Shown: piece by piece, positions 30,525 through 39,332 of the stretch
Numbering within the stretch: position 1 is the stretch's first letter
Layout: each line of letters opens with the position of its first letter
Assembly: GCA_037445455.1 (NCBI GenBank)
Contig: JBBIKM010000007.1
Location: forward strand, 366-64,365
Direction: 5' to 3'
Source: a bacterium
GTDB taxonomy: Bacteria; Zhuqueibacterota; Zhuqueibacteria; Zhuqueibacterales; Zhuqueibacteraceae
DNA: 64,000 bases
Translations under genes and position numbers: made by a program
The notes under the pieces: generated by a model
Databases searched by the model: none
Seen by the model: only the letters and a program-made list of their open reading frames with translations
What the model was told of the DNA's origin: nothing

Positions 30525-30660
30525 AACCGTCAGCGCGACGGGCGCCGGCTTGCCAATCAAACCACCCTGGAGCGGCGGTGCAGAAGCGCCCCAGCAAATG
30601 GCGTGCGGCCTTCCGCGCCACCTGAGGGGGTCACCTTCTTGTACCGCAAGCGCAGTCCCT

Positions 30661-32097
30661 ATGCTTGGGAAGATACTTCGCAGCATGACAAGCCCGGTTG
30701 ATTCTCTTTCACCCCATGATGAAGCGCCACGCGCTGCTGCCGGACGCGGGCAGAGGGCGTGGCCGGCACTTCTTCTCGTGCTGGCGGCAGGTGTTCTCTG
30801 CCAACTCACGGCTGCAGAATTGCCCGTGCGCAGTCAGGGCGGTTTGTTGTTCTATCTGGATACGGCCTCATTCCGCGGGGAGGAAGGCCGCGTGCTGCAA
30901 GAGTTCTATTCCGAAATTTCCTTCGAACAGTTAACCTTCCGCCCGGCGCCGCACGGATGGCAGAGCGACTGCCGAACCGCGGTGGAGATTGCGGACAGTG
31001 CCGGCAACGTCTTGCTGCGCGATGAATGGACGCAATCCGTCACCGCGCGCAGCCCCGAGGAAATCGCGGGGCGCGTGCTGCCGAACCAATTCGAGTTACC
31101 GCTGGCGCCCGGCTTCTACACGCTGGCCCTCACGCTCACCGATCTGCACTCGCACAATGCCGGCCGCGCTGAGATCCGCTTCCAGGCGCGCGCCCTGCCC
31201 CCGCACACGCTGGCGCTCAGCGATTTGCAGTTGGCCACCAGCATCCAGGTGGACACCGCCGGCGGCAAATTTGCCAAGCACGGTCTCAACGTCATGCCGC
31301 ATGCCAGCGCCACGTTCAGCAGCAGCCTGCCACTGCTCTATTTTTATTTCGAGATCTACAACCTCGCAGCGGCGGACAGCTACGAAGTGCAATACGCCGT
31401 TATCAACGGCCGTGGCGAGTCGCTGCGCACGTTGCCGGCAAAGTGGGCGCGCGCGCCCGGTGCGGCCAGCATCGAAGCCGGTGGGATTCATGTCGGCATG
31501 CTGCCGGATTCGGTTTGCTGGTTGTCCGTGCGCGTGCGGGCGCGCAGCACCGGCGCCGTTGCGACGCAGACGAAGCCGTTTTACGTCGAGGGGCGCACGC
31601 CGGAGAGCGGCACGGATTCGGTAATTGCCCGGCTGCCGGAGCGCGCGTTCGAACGGCACGTCGAGCAGATGCAGTATGTACTCAACGACCATGACAAGCT
31701 GATGCTGAAGTCGCTGCCACCGGACGCCCAGCGCGCATACGTCAGCCAGATTTGGCGGCGCTTCGATCCCGAGCCGGCAACGCCGGTCAATGAATTTCGC
31801 GAGGAATATTTTCGGCGCGTGCAATATGCCGAGGCGCAATTCTCCGCGGGATTCAGCGCGGGCTGGCAAACCGATCGCGGCCGGGTGGCGATCAAATTCG
31901 GCATACCCAATGAAGTCGAACGCTTTCCCGCGCGCCCGCACGCCCCGCCTTATGAAGTGTGGACTTATTTTCAAGAAGGCCGCAAGCAATTCATCTTCGC
32001 GGATCTCGACGGCTTTGGCAAGTATGAATTGATCTACTCGAGCGACGAGCGGGAACTAACCCGGCCCGATTGGAAAACCATCATCGACACGCGCTGA
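30661..32097 (+). CDS. GWxTD domain-containing protein
   Basis: IWRRFDPEP-TPVNEFREEYFRRVQYA..GWQTDRGRVAIKFG-P..YEVW-Y..FIFAD. N-terminal hydrophobic signal or anchor. Start uncertain (30661 or 30685). Confidence 0.88.
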   Translation: MLGKILRSMTSPVDSLSPHDEAPRAAAGRGQRAWPALLLVLAAGVLCQLTAAELPVRSQGGLLFYLDTASFRGEEGRVLQEFYSEISFEQLTFRPAPHGWQSDCRTAVEIADSAGNVLLRDEWTQSVTARSPEEIAGRVLPNQFELPLAPGFYTLALTLTDLHSHNAGRAEIRFQARALPPHTLALSDLQLATSIQVDTAGGKFAKHGLNVMPHASATFSSSLPLLYFYFEIYNLAAADSYEVQYAVINGRGESLRTLPAKWARAPGAASIEAGGIHVGMLPDSVCWLSVRVRARSTGAVATQTKPFYVEGRTPESGTDSVIARLPERAFERHVEQMQYVLNDHDKLMLKSLPPDAQRAYVSQIWRRFDPEPATPVNEFREEYFRRVQYAEAQFSAGFSAGWQTDRGRVAIKFGIPNEVERFPARPHAPPYEVWTYFQEGRKQFIFADLDGFGKYELIYSSDERELTRPDWKTIIDTR

Positions 32098-32438
32098 ACG
32101 GCGTTCACTCCTGCTCCGCCGGCATGTCCCGCGAAATGAGAATGGCAAACGCCTGAGTGAAATTCATCTCCGGTGCGCCCACCTGTCTGTGACAGAGATT
32201 GATTTGTCCGCGTGATTCCCGCCGCTACTCCCGACCGGGAGGAAATTCCAAATTATGCAAAATCGTTCCCAAATCTGGTAAAGATTTGCACCGCCGCTGA
32301 AGCGGGAAAATTGCTGAAGAAATTTGCTGCTGGATTTTGGGTCAACCCGGGTCGAAATTCAAAGACTTATGGCTGAAGAAGGCCGCATGCCTGCCCGTCA
32401 GAACCGCAATAGGTTCATGTGAGACACGGTGCCGCATA

Positions 32439-32454
32439 TGGTACAGTCTTTGCA
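32439..32454 (+). promoter_or_regulatory. Putative sigma-54 (-24/-12) promoter of cassette B
   Basis: TGGTAC-AGTCT-TTGCA has exact GG-N10-GC spacing and lies about 110 nt before the ATG at 32563. Confidence 0.6.
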
Positions 32455-32562
32455 TTTTGAAGGACTTCGCGAGTTGAGAAGTGATTTTATTCTGTGAGTT
32501 TATCTCCCCTTGGGCGAATCCAAATTTCGTAGGTCCAAAATAACGTTGCGGAGGAGTTTCCT

Positions 32563-35500
32563 ATGAAACATGCGCGTTTACGTAGTGTCATGGTCATTTT
32601 GACTATGCTTCTGGTGGGCGCCGCCGCAGTATTTGCCGGCACTACTGGAAAGATCGCCGGCAAGGTGATCGATCGTGAGACGGGCTTCCCGTTGCCCTCG
32701 GCGACCGTGATTCTGGTCGGCACAACCCTGGGTGCCGCCACTGACATCAACGGCGAGTATTTCATTCTGAATATTCCGCCGGGTGTGTATGATGTCAGAG
32801 CTTCGATCATTGGTTACACCGCGGTTGTGGACAAAGGGGTGCGGGTCTCGGCGGACTTGACGACCACCAAGGATTTCGCGCTGTCTTCCGAAACCCTGCA
32901 ACTGGGCGATGTCGTCGAAGTCATCGCCGAACGGCCTTTGATTCAGAAAGATGTCACGGGCTCTTCCAAGGTTTCCACCAGCGATCAAATTCAATCGCTG
33001 CCCATTACCACCGTGAATGATGCGGTGGCGCTGAGCGCCGGCACGCAGGGCCAGGGCAACAACCTGCACATTCGCGGCGGCCGCGCCGGTGAAGCCGCCT
33101 ACCTGGTCGACGGCGTAAGCATCGAAGATCCGCAAACTCGCACCATCGGCTTGACCGTCGGCCGCTCCGCGCTGAGCGAGCTGCAGATCATCTCCGGCGG
33201 TTTCAATGCGGAATACGGCAATGCGCAGTCGGGCATCATCCTGCTCAACACGCAAGAGGCGAAACGCGAATATTCCGGCCACGTCTTCATGCAGACCGAC
33301 CGCATCGGCGACAGTGGCATTGGCGAGAGCGCGCAGAACTTCGACTGGCTGGAAGCCAGCATCGGCGGTCCGGAACCCATCACCACCAACCTGCTGCCGC
33401 AACTCGGTCTCAAGATCCCCGGCTACATGACGCTGTTCCTGCAGGGCGAAACCCGCATGGATGATCGCGCCAATTTCCATCCCGAGGCCATTTCTCGCCT
33501 CAATGCCAATTCGGCCATCAAGGAATCCCCCAAGCTCAACACCTCGGACGCGCTGCGCAACGAAACCTTGTTCGGCAAGCTCTTTGGCGTGGGCGGCAAC
33601 CGGGAATCCGTGCGCAACAACTGGGAATCCAAGCTGCTCTGGCAAATGGCGCCCAACAAGAAATTGACCTTCGGCTTCCGCGGCAACTCCGACAAAACCC
33701 ATCCGTGGACCTTCCGCTTCGGCCGCGACGTGCGTGAGGTCGTCGCGGAAAGCCATCGCCTCGGCATCAGCGACATGGTGGACCAGGACAACGACGGCAG
33801 CCGCGATGAAGAGCTGCTCGACGGCCTCGACAACGATGGCGACGGCCGCATCGACGAGGACACCAATCTTGCCCCCAACTATTACCTGGGTGACTTTGCC
33901 TGGGGCATTGACAACGATAACGACGGCCGCACCGACGAAGAAGCGCTCAATGACATTGATGACGATGGCGACGGCCGCGTCGACGAAGACCTGCAGCCCT
34001 ATGATTGGAAGGGCTACGACCACAACTGGCGCAACGAGTTCCGCGCCAACCAGTTCAGCCTCAACTGGACGCACACCCTCAACCCGAAGACCTTCTACGA
34101 AGTCAAAGTCGGCCGCTTCTACACCTTCTCCGGCTCGCTGCCGAAACTCGGGCAGGACGGCCGCTCGCGTTCCAGCTTCGAAGAGTTGGAGGCCTGGGTG
34201 GCGGAATATGACCGCATCGTGGCACTCTACGGCCAGGGCCGCGTGCCGGAGTTCATGGAGCCTTATCGCGGCTTCGGCACCCCGGCCGAACGCTTCACCG
34301 ACCTGAACGGCAACGGTGACTATGATGCCGGCGAACCGTTCCAGGACTATGACGGCGACGGCCTCTATGATTTGAACAACGACCCCGACCGCCGCAATGC
34401 CAACCAAAACTGGTTCCTGGAAGGCGCCACGCATCCCTTCCGCGGCCAGAATATTAACGGCGGCTATTGGGCGAATGATCGCGCCGGCTTCAACAAGCGT
34501 TCCTCGACCACCTACTCCTTGAAGTTCGATCTCACCAGCCAGGTCACCAAGAATCACCAGATCAAGACCGGTATCGAGGCCAACTATTTCGAGCTGAAGA
34601 ACCGGAGCCGGCAGTTGCTCGGGCCCTATGACGGTCGCGGCCTGTTCGGCAATTCCTACTCCGTCTTCCCCAACTGGCAGGCGGGCTACATTCAAGACAA
34701 GATGGAGTTCAGCTCGGCCATTGTGAACCTGGGCGTGCGCTTCGAGCGCTTCGACCAGGGCGAGCAGGTGGCAGTGCAGGACACCTCGGTGGGCGTGCCG
34801 CGCTTCGAAACGCCAACCACCAAGTGGAGCGTGCTGCCGCGCGTCGGCTTCTCCTTCCCGGTGACTGACCGCGACATGTTCTACTTCAGCTACGGCCATT
34901 TCTTCCAGCGGCCGCAGTTGACCAACGTGTTCAACCAGGTCAACCAGCGCATCGACAGCCCGAACTCGATCGTCGGCAATCCCAATCTCGATCCCGAGCA
35001 GACGATTCAGTACGAATTCGGCATTCGGCGCCAGTTCGGCCTGAACACCCTGTTCTCGGTCACCGGCTTCTTCAAGGACATCGACAATCTGCTGCAGATC
35101 CGGCAGGAGTTCGACGTGGCGGGCAATACCTTCTTCACCTATCAGAATGACACCTACGGCACGGTGAAGGGCCTGGAGCTGTCGCTGCAGCAACGCGCCG
35201 GCCGGTTCTTCTCGGGCGACGCCACCTATACCTTCCAGGTGGCGAAGGCGACGCACTCCGATCCGCGCGACACCTATGACACGCTCGACATCATCGACGG
35301 CGTGGAATTTCCGGCGGATTGGGATCAGCGCCATCGCGTGGTGCTGAACCTCGATTTCCACTACGGCCAGGGCGAAGGCCCAAAGCTGGGCAACTTCCGG
35401 CTGCTGGAGAATTGGAACGTGAATTTTCTGGCGCAATACGGCACCGGCATGCCCTACACTCCACAGACGTTGACCGGTTCCCCTCTGGTTCCGCTCACCA

Positions 35501-35796
35501 ACTCCAAGCGCTACCCCGAGACCTTCAACGTCGATATGCGCATGCGCCGCTTCTTCAACCTGACGTCTGGTGTGCGCGCCGGCCTCATCTTCGAAGTGCA
35601 GAACCTGTTCAACCGTCTCAATCCCATTTCGCCGGATGACGGCGGCATCGTGGATGCCTACCGCGACCTGATCGGTTTCACCAACGCCGGCACCTCACGC
35701 ACGCGCAACTATGGCGGGTTTGCGAATTCGGCGCCGAATCCGGCGGCATGGCAGAACGGCCGCATGATTCGTATCGGTTTCACCACCGAGTTCTAA
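32563..35796 (+). CDS. TonB-dependent receptor B with Asp-rich Ca-binding-like insertions
   Basis: Signal peptide|GTTGKIAG, LHIRGGR, YLVDGV, ISGGFNAEYG..SGII, GNPNLDPE, DWDQRH, C-terminal IGFTTEF. Contains DxDxDGxxDEE/D repeats. Confidence 0.93.
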   Translation: MKHARLRSVMVILTMLLVGAAAVFAGTTGKIAGKVIDRETGFPLPSATVILVGTTLGAATDINGEYFILNIPPGVYDVRASIIGYTAVVDKGVRVSADLTTTKDFALSSETLQLGDVVEVIAERPLIQKDVTGSSKVSTSDQIQSLPITTVNDAVALSAGTQGQGNNLHIRGGRAGEAAYLVDGVSIEDPQTRTIGLTVGRSALSELQIISGGFNAEYGNAQSGIILLNTQEAKREYSGHVFMQTDRIGDSGIGESAQNFDWLEASIGGPEPITTNLLPQLGLKIPGYMTLFLQGETRMDDRANFHPEAISRLNANSAIKESPKLNTSDALRNETLFGKLFGVGGNRESVRNNWESKLLWQMAPNKKLTFGFRGNSDKTHPWTFRFGRDVREVVAESHRLGISDMVDQDNDGSRDEELLDGLDNDGDGRIDEDTNLAPNYYLGDFAWGIDNDNDGRTDEEALNDIDDDGDGRVDEDLQPYDWKGYDHNWRNEFRANQFSLNWTHTLNPKTFYEVKVGRFYTFSGSLPKLGQDGRSRSSFEELEAWVAEYDRIVALYGQGRVPEFMEPYRGFGTPAERFTDLNGNGDYDAGEPFQDYDGDGLYDLNNDPDRRNANQNWFLEGATHPFRGQNINGGYWANDRAGFNKRSSTTYSLKFDLTSQVTKNHQIKTGIEANYFELKNRSRQLLGPYDGRGLFGNSYSVFPNWQAGYIQDKMEFSSAIVNLGVRFERFDQGEQVAVQDTSVGVPRFETPTTKWSVLPRVGFSFPVTDRDMFYFSYGHFFQRPQLTNVFNQVNQRIDSPNSIVGNPNLDPEQTIQYEFGIRRQFGLNTLFSVTGFFKDIDNLLQIRQEFDVAGNTFFTYQNDTYGTVKGLELSLQQRAGRFFSGDATYTFQVAKATHSDPRDTYDTLDIIDGVEFPADWDQRHRVVLNLDFHYGQGEGPKLGNFRLLENWNVNFLAQYGTGMPYTPQTLTGSPLVPLTNSKRYPETFNVDMRMRRFFNLTSGVRAGLIFEVQNLFNRLNPISPDDGGIVDAYRDLIGFTNAGTSRTRNYGGFANSAPNPAAWQNGRMIRIGFTTEF

Positions 35797-35812
35797 TACG
35801 ATCCATTTTCCA

Positions 35813-35844
35813 CGCGCCCCGGTGTGCTAGACGGCCGGGGCGCG
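35813..35844 (+). other. 10-bp GC stem-loop between receptor B and X3 (internal terminator or mRNA stabiliser)
   Basis: CGCGCCCCGG (35813-35822) pairs with CCGGGGCGCG (35835-35844); no U tail. Confidence 0.45.
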
Positions 35845-35872
35845 CAGGTTATATCAGACGGAAGGAGACTTC

Positions 35873-38071
35873 ATGAGAGTGCAAAAAGTTTTTGGCATCA
35901 TCGCGGTCTCTCTGCTCGCGCTGGCGGTGGTTGGCTCCAGTGAGGCCTTTGGCCGCGAGCGCAAAGAGAGAAAATCCCGCGACCACCAGGTGCGCATCAT
36001 TCAACCGCAGGAGGTGTTCGGCCTGCTGAAGCCGAATGCCATCGTTGCCAACCGCTTCGCGGTGCATGACAAGGGCCTGCAGTGGTTGATGATGGCCAAC
36101 TTCGGCGAACTCGCCAACCCCGATGACCGGCCGGCCGGCCCGCCGACCCCGTTCCACCCCGCCTCCTCGCAGCTTGCGCCCAAACTGGAATACCCCGGCG
36201 GCACCGGCACGCGCTTTCTTTTCTCCGGTGGCCTGTGGGTGGGCGCCATCAAGAACAATCAGCGCATCGTTTCCACGGTGACTGACGGTGACAACGGCAC
36301 CGGCGAATTCGGCGCCTTGTCCTCCTGGCTGTATCAATCCACCGATGACGGCGCCAAGGAAAACGACGACGATGGCGACTGGAACGCGGCCACCGATGAT
36401 CTCAACGGCGACGGCTCGCCCAGCAATGACTGGGACGGCCCCAGCGCCGATGCCAACGGTGACGGCATCTTCAATTACGATCCTGAGCCGCGCATCGACG
36501 AGGATCCGGTGGGTGACATGTCCGCCGATTTTCTCGACAATGATTTTGACGGCCTGATTGACAGCGACGATCCCGATCTCGACGGCGACAAAGTTCCGGG
36601 CTCGCTGGATGATGACGGCGACGGCAAGGAGGACGAAGACACCATCGCGCGCGGCGGCCAGGAATGGTACACCACTTATGTTGACACCTGCGCCGCCTGC
36701 TTGAGCAACGCTGATGCCGACGGCTTCACGCCCCTGGGGGTGCGCGTGGTGCAGCATTCGTTTCAATGGTCGGAGACCTTCCGCGACGATTTTCTCATCT
36801 TCGAATACTTCGTGACCAACATCGGCACCGAGGTGCTGCGCGAGGTCTACCTCGGCACCTTCTTCGATTTCGATGTGCAGACCGACGCGCAAGGCCGCCC
36901 GGGCTCGGAGGATGACATTACGTTTTACATCGATTCGCTGGCCACCGCCATCGGCGGTGATGATGACGGCGATGGCTTGGAAGCGCAGTTCTTCGGCGTG
37001 CGGGTGTTGAAAACCCCGTTGCCCAGCGTCGGCTCGACCTACTTGAATTTCAACCGCCTCACCGGCGGCGACCCCAATGACAATGTCGAAAAGTACGTCA
37101 AGATGTCGAGCGGCGTGCGCGACCCTGATCAGTTCGTGAACGGCGACTGGCGTTTCGTCTTCTCCTTTGGCTCGCTCGGCGACTTGCAGCCCGGCCAGAC
37201 CCTGCCGGTGACCCTGGCGATCATCAACGGCGGCCGCGCCGGTCTGAGCCGTGCGGAGAACATCGAGTTGATCGCGCAGAACTCCCGCCAGGCGCTGTCC
37301 CTGTTCCAGAATGACTTCCGCGGCCCGACCGCGCCCGATGCGCCCAACTTTACGCTCGAGCCGTTGGAGCGCGCGGTGCGCATCACCTGGGATCGGCGCG
37401 CGGAGAACTCGATCGACCCGATTGCCAAGAAACCGGATTTCGAAGGCTACCGCATTTGGCGCAGTCTGGACGGTGTCAAATTCACCCTGGTGGCGGATTT
37501 TGACGTGGTCAATGGCCTCGGTTTCGATCGCGGCCTGCCGCCGTTGAACGCCCAGGGCAGATATGAATACGTCGACCAGGGCGTGCCGCCGCTGGTGCAA
37601 ATTAAATATGTCGTCACTTCCTATGACAATGGCGACAACGGCGACGGCATCAACCATCCGGAGAATGACCGCACGATCGGCGGTGTCGGCGTCTTGGAAA
37701 GCTCGCGCGGCATTGCCCGGCAGAAGATCGCGGTGGCCAATTCCGCCACCAAATCGACTCTGGATGAGGTTTACGTGGTGCCCAACCCCTACGTCGGCAG
37801 CTCGGAGTTCGAGCAATTCGGCCGGTTTAACGAGGTCGGCGACCGCAACTTCCCCAAGGCGATTCAATTCGTAAACCTGCCGGAGCAGGCCTCGATTCAG
37901 ATCTTCACCCTTGCCGGTGATTTGGTGCAGGAGATTCGGCACAGCGGCTCGGGCGTGGCGATCTGGGATTTGCGCACGCGCCTCAGCCAGGAAGTGACGG
38001 CGGGCATCTATTTGTACCGTGTCTCCGCCAATGGCGAGGAGAAAATCGGCAAGTTCATCGTGGTGAAATAA
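35873..38071 (+). CDS. Secreted X-family protein 3 with Asp-rich repeats and VVPNPY-type C-terminal domain
   Basis: Signal peptide; HDKG..ANFG..LEYP..FLFSGGLWVGA; LGVRVVQ-SFQWS..FLIFEY-VTN; FEGYRIWRS..YEYVD; VVPNPY..IQFVNLP..IFTLAGDL..TAGIYLY..GKFIVVK. Confidence 0.8.
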   Translation: MRVQKVFGIIAVSLLALAVVGSSEAFGRERKERKSRDHQVRIIQPQEVFGLLKPNAIVANRFAVHDKGLQWLMMANFGELANPDDRPAGPPTPFHPASSQLAPKLEYPGGTGTRFLFSGGLWVGAIKNNQRIVSTVTDGDNGTGEFGALSSWLYQSTDDGAKENDDDGDWNAATDDLNGDGSPSNDWDGPSADANGDGIFNYDPEPRIDEDPVGDMSADFLDNDFDGLIDSDDPDLDGDKVPGSLDDDGDGKEDEDTIARGGQEWYTTYVDTCAACLSNADADGFTPLGVRVVQHSFQWSETFRDDFLIFEYFVTNIGTEVLREVYLGTFFDFDVQTDAQGRPGSEDDITFYIDSLATAIGGDDDGDGLEAQFFGVRVLKTPLPSVGSTYLNFNRLTGGDPNDNVEKYVKMSSGVRDPDQFVNGDWRFVFSFGSLGDLQPGQTLPVTLAIINGGRAGLSRAENIELIAQNSRQALSLFQNDFRGPTAPDAPNFTLEPLERAVRITWDRRAENSIDPIAKKPDFEGYRIWRSLDGVKFTLVADFDVVNGLGFDRGLPPLNAQGRYEYVDQGVPPLVQIKYVVTSYDNGDNGDGINHPENDRTIGGVGVLESSRGIARQKIAVANSATKSTLDEVYVVPNPYVGSSEFEQFGRFNEVGDRNFPKAIQFVNLPEQASIQIFTLAGDLVQEIRHSGSGVAIWDLRTRLSQEVTAGIYLYRVSANGEEKIGKFIVVK

Positions 38072-38072
38072 C

Positions 38073-38177
38073 CAGTGGTCAGGTGTCAGTGAGCAGTCAT
38101 CAGGCCTCAGCCTGCTGCTCACTGGCCACCGATCGCTGATCGCTGATCACTGATCACAGGTCATTGATCACTGATTG
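38073..38177. repeat. Heptamer short tandem repeats arranged as two inverted arms
   Basis: Left arm CAGTGGT-CAGGTGT-CAGTGAG-CAGTCAT. Right arm CTGCTCA-CTGGCCA-CCGATCG-CTGATCG-CTGATCA-CTGATCA-CAGGTCA-TTGATCA-CTGATTG. Confidence 0.75.
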
Positions 38178-38188
38178 CTTCCGGAGAA

Positions 38189-39223
38189 ATGAAAATGAAA
38201 AAACACTTTGCGCATATTCTCGTGTTGCTCATCCTGCCGATGACCGTGCTGGGAATCGAGCGGGTGGGCACCACCTCCTTTCAGTTCTTGAAAATCCCGG
38301 TGGGCGTGCGCGGCATCGGCATGGGCAACGCCTTTGTCGCGGGCGCGGTTGATGCCTCGGCGGTCTACTGGAATCCCGCCGGCCTGGGCTGGGCCTCCAA
38401 GAAGGAAGTCATGCTCACCCACATCAACATGCCGGCCGACATCAACTATGACAATGTTGCGTTGGTCCTGCCCATCTCCACCTCCCTGGGCTCGTTTGGG
38501 TTGAATATCGGCGTGTTGCATATGGACGATCTGATCGTGCGCACGCCCTCCCGGCCGGAGGGCACCGGCGAATTGATCACGGCTTCCGACATCGCGGTGG
38601 GCCTGTCCTACTCCCGTCAGGTGAGCAACCGCTTCACCTTCGGCGTGCAGGCGCGCTACATCCGCGAGGAACTGGCCAACTTCGTCTCCAGCGGTGTGAG
38701 CTTCGATGCCGGCCTGCAGTATCAAACCGATTTCCGGTCGCTGCGCCTGGGCATGGTGATCCAAAACTTCGGCGCCGACACCAAGTTTGATGGCGGCTTC
38801 CTGGACTATCGCACCGCCAGCACCACCGGCGGCCAGCCGCGCCGCCAGGATTTCGACTCCGCCCCCCTGCCGATCACGTTCAAGACCGGCGTGATGGCGG
38901 ATCTGGAATCGATGGTGGGCGTGGATCTGGGAGAAAGCCTCAAAGGCAACCTCGCCGCCCAGTTCGAGCATCCGGCAGACAACAAGGAACGCCTGAACGG
39001 CGGCCTGGAGCTGACCTTCAGCGAGCGCTTCTCGCTGCGGGGCGGCTATAACTACAACTATGATACCGACGGCTTCACGCTGGGCTTTGGCGTCAACGTG
39101 CCGTTCAGCGCGGAGAAGAACCTGCTGCGCGTGGATTATGCCTACGCCGATCTCGGCAATCTCACGGACACCAGTTCCTTTATGAATCAGCCGCACCGGT
39201 TTTCGCTGTCGTTTCAGTTTTGA
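38189..39223 (+). CDS. PorV/PorQ (UPF0164)-like outer-membrane barrel B
   Basis: FLKIPVGVRGIGMGNA, DASAVYWNPAGL, SFDAG, LGMVIQNFG, LP-TFKTG, GLE, LRGGY, DYAY, C-terminal SFQF. Paralog of 27118-28107. Confidence 0.88.
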   Translation: MKMKKHFAHILVLLILPMTVLGIERVGTTSFQFLKIPVGVRGIGMGNAFVAGAVDASAVYWNPAGLGWASKKEVMLTHINMPADINYDNVALVLPISTSLGSFGLNIGVLHMDDLIVRTPSRPEGTGELITASDIAVGLSYSRQVSNRFTFGVQARYIREELANFVSSGVSFDAGLQYQTDFRSLRLGMVIQNFGADTKFDGGFLDYRTASTTGGQPRRQDFDSAPLPITFKTGVMADLESMVGVDLGESLKGNLAAQFEHPADNKERLNGGLELTFSERFSLRGGYNYNYDTDGFTLGFGVNVPFSAEKNLLRVDYAYADLGNLTDTSSFMNQPHRFSLSFQF

Positions 39224-39332
39224 GCTTCGTCATGGCGCTGGCAGGCGCAGCGGCCTGCAGGCGTGCGCGCCTCCAAAGCGCCAGCGATGATCATGTCAGA
39301 TAATCTTGAAACTTCGCATATAGCGGGAGGAT

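Noticed and set aside
27118-39223. Assigning the gene names porV or susC/susD to the cassette genes
   Set aside because: Family-level motifs are clear, but orthology to Bacteroidota PorV or SusC cannot be shown without a phylogeny, and no SusD-like TPR lipoprotein is visible.
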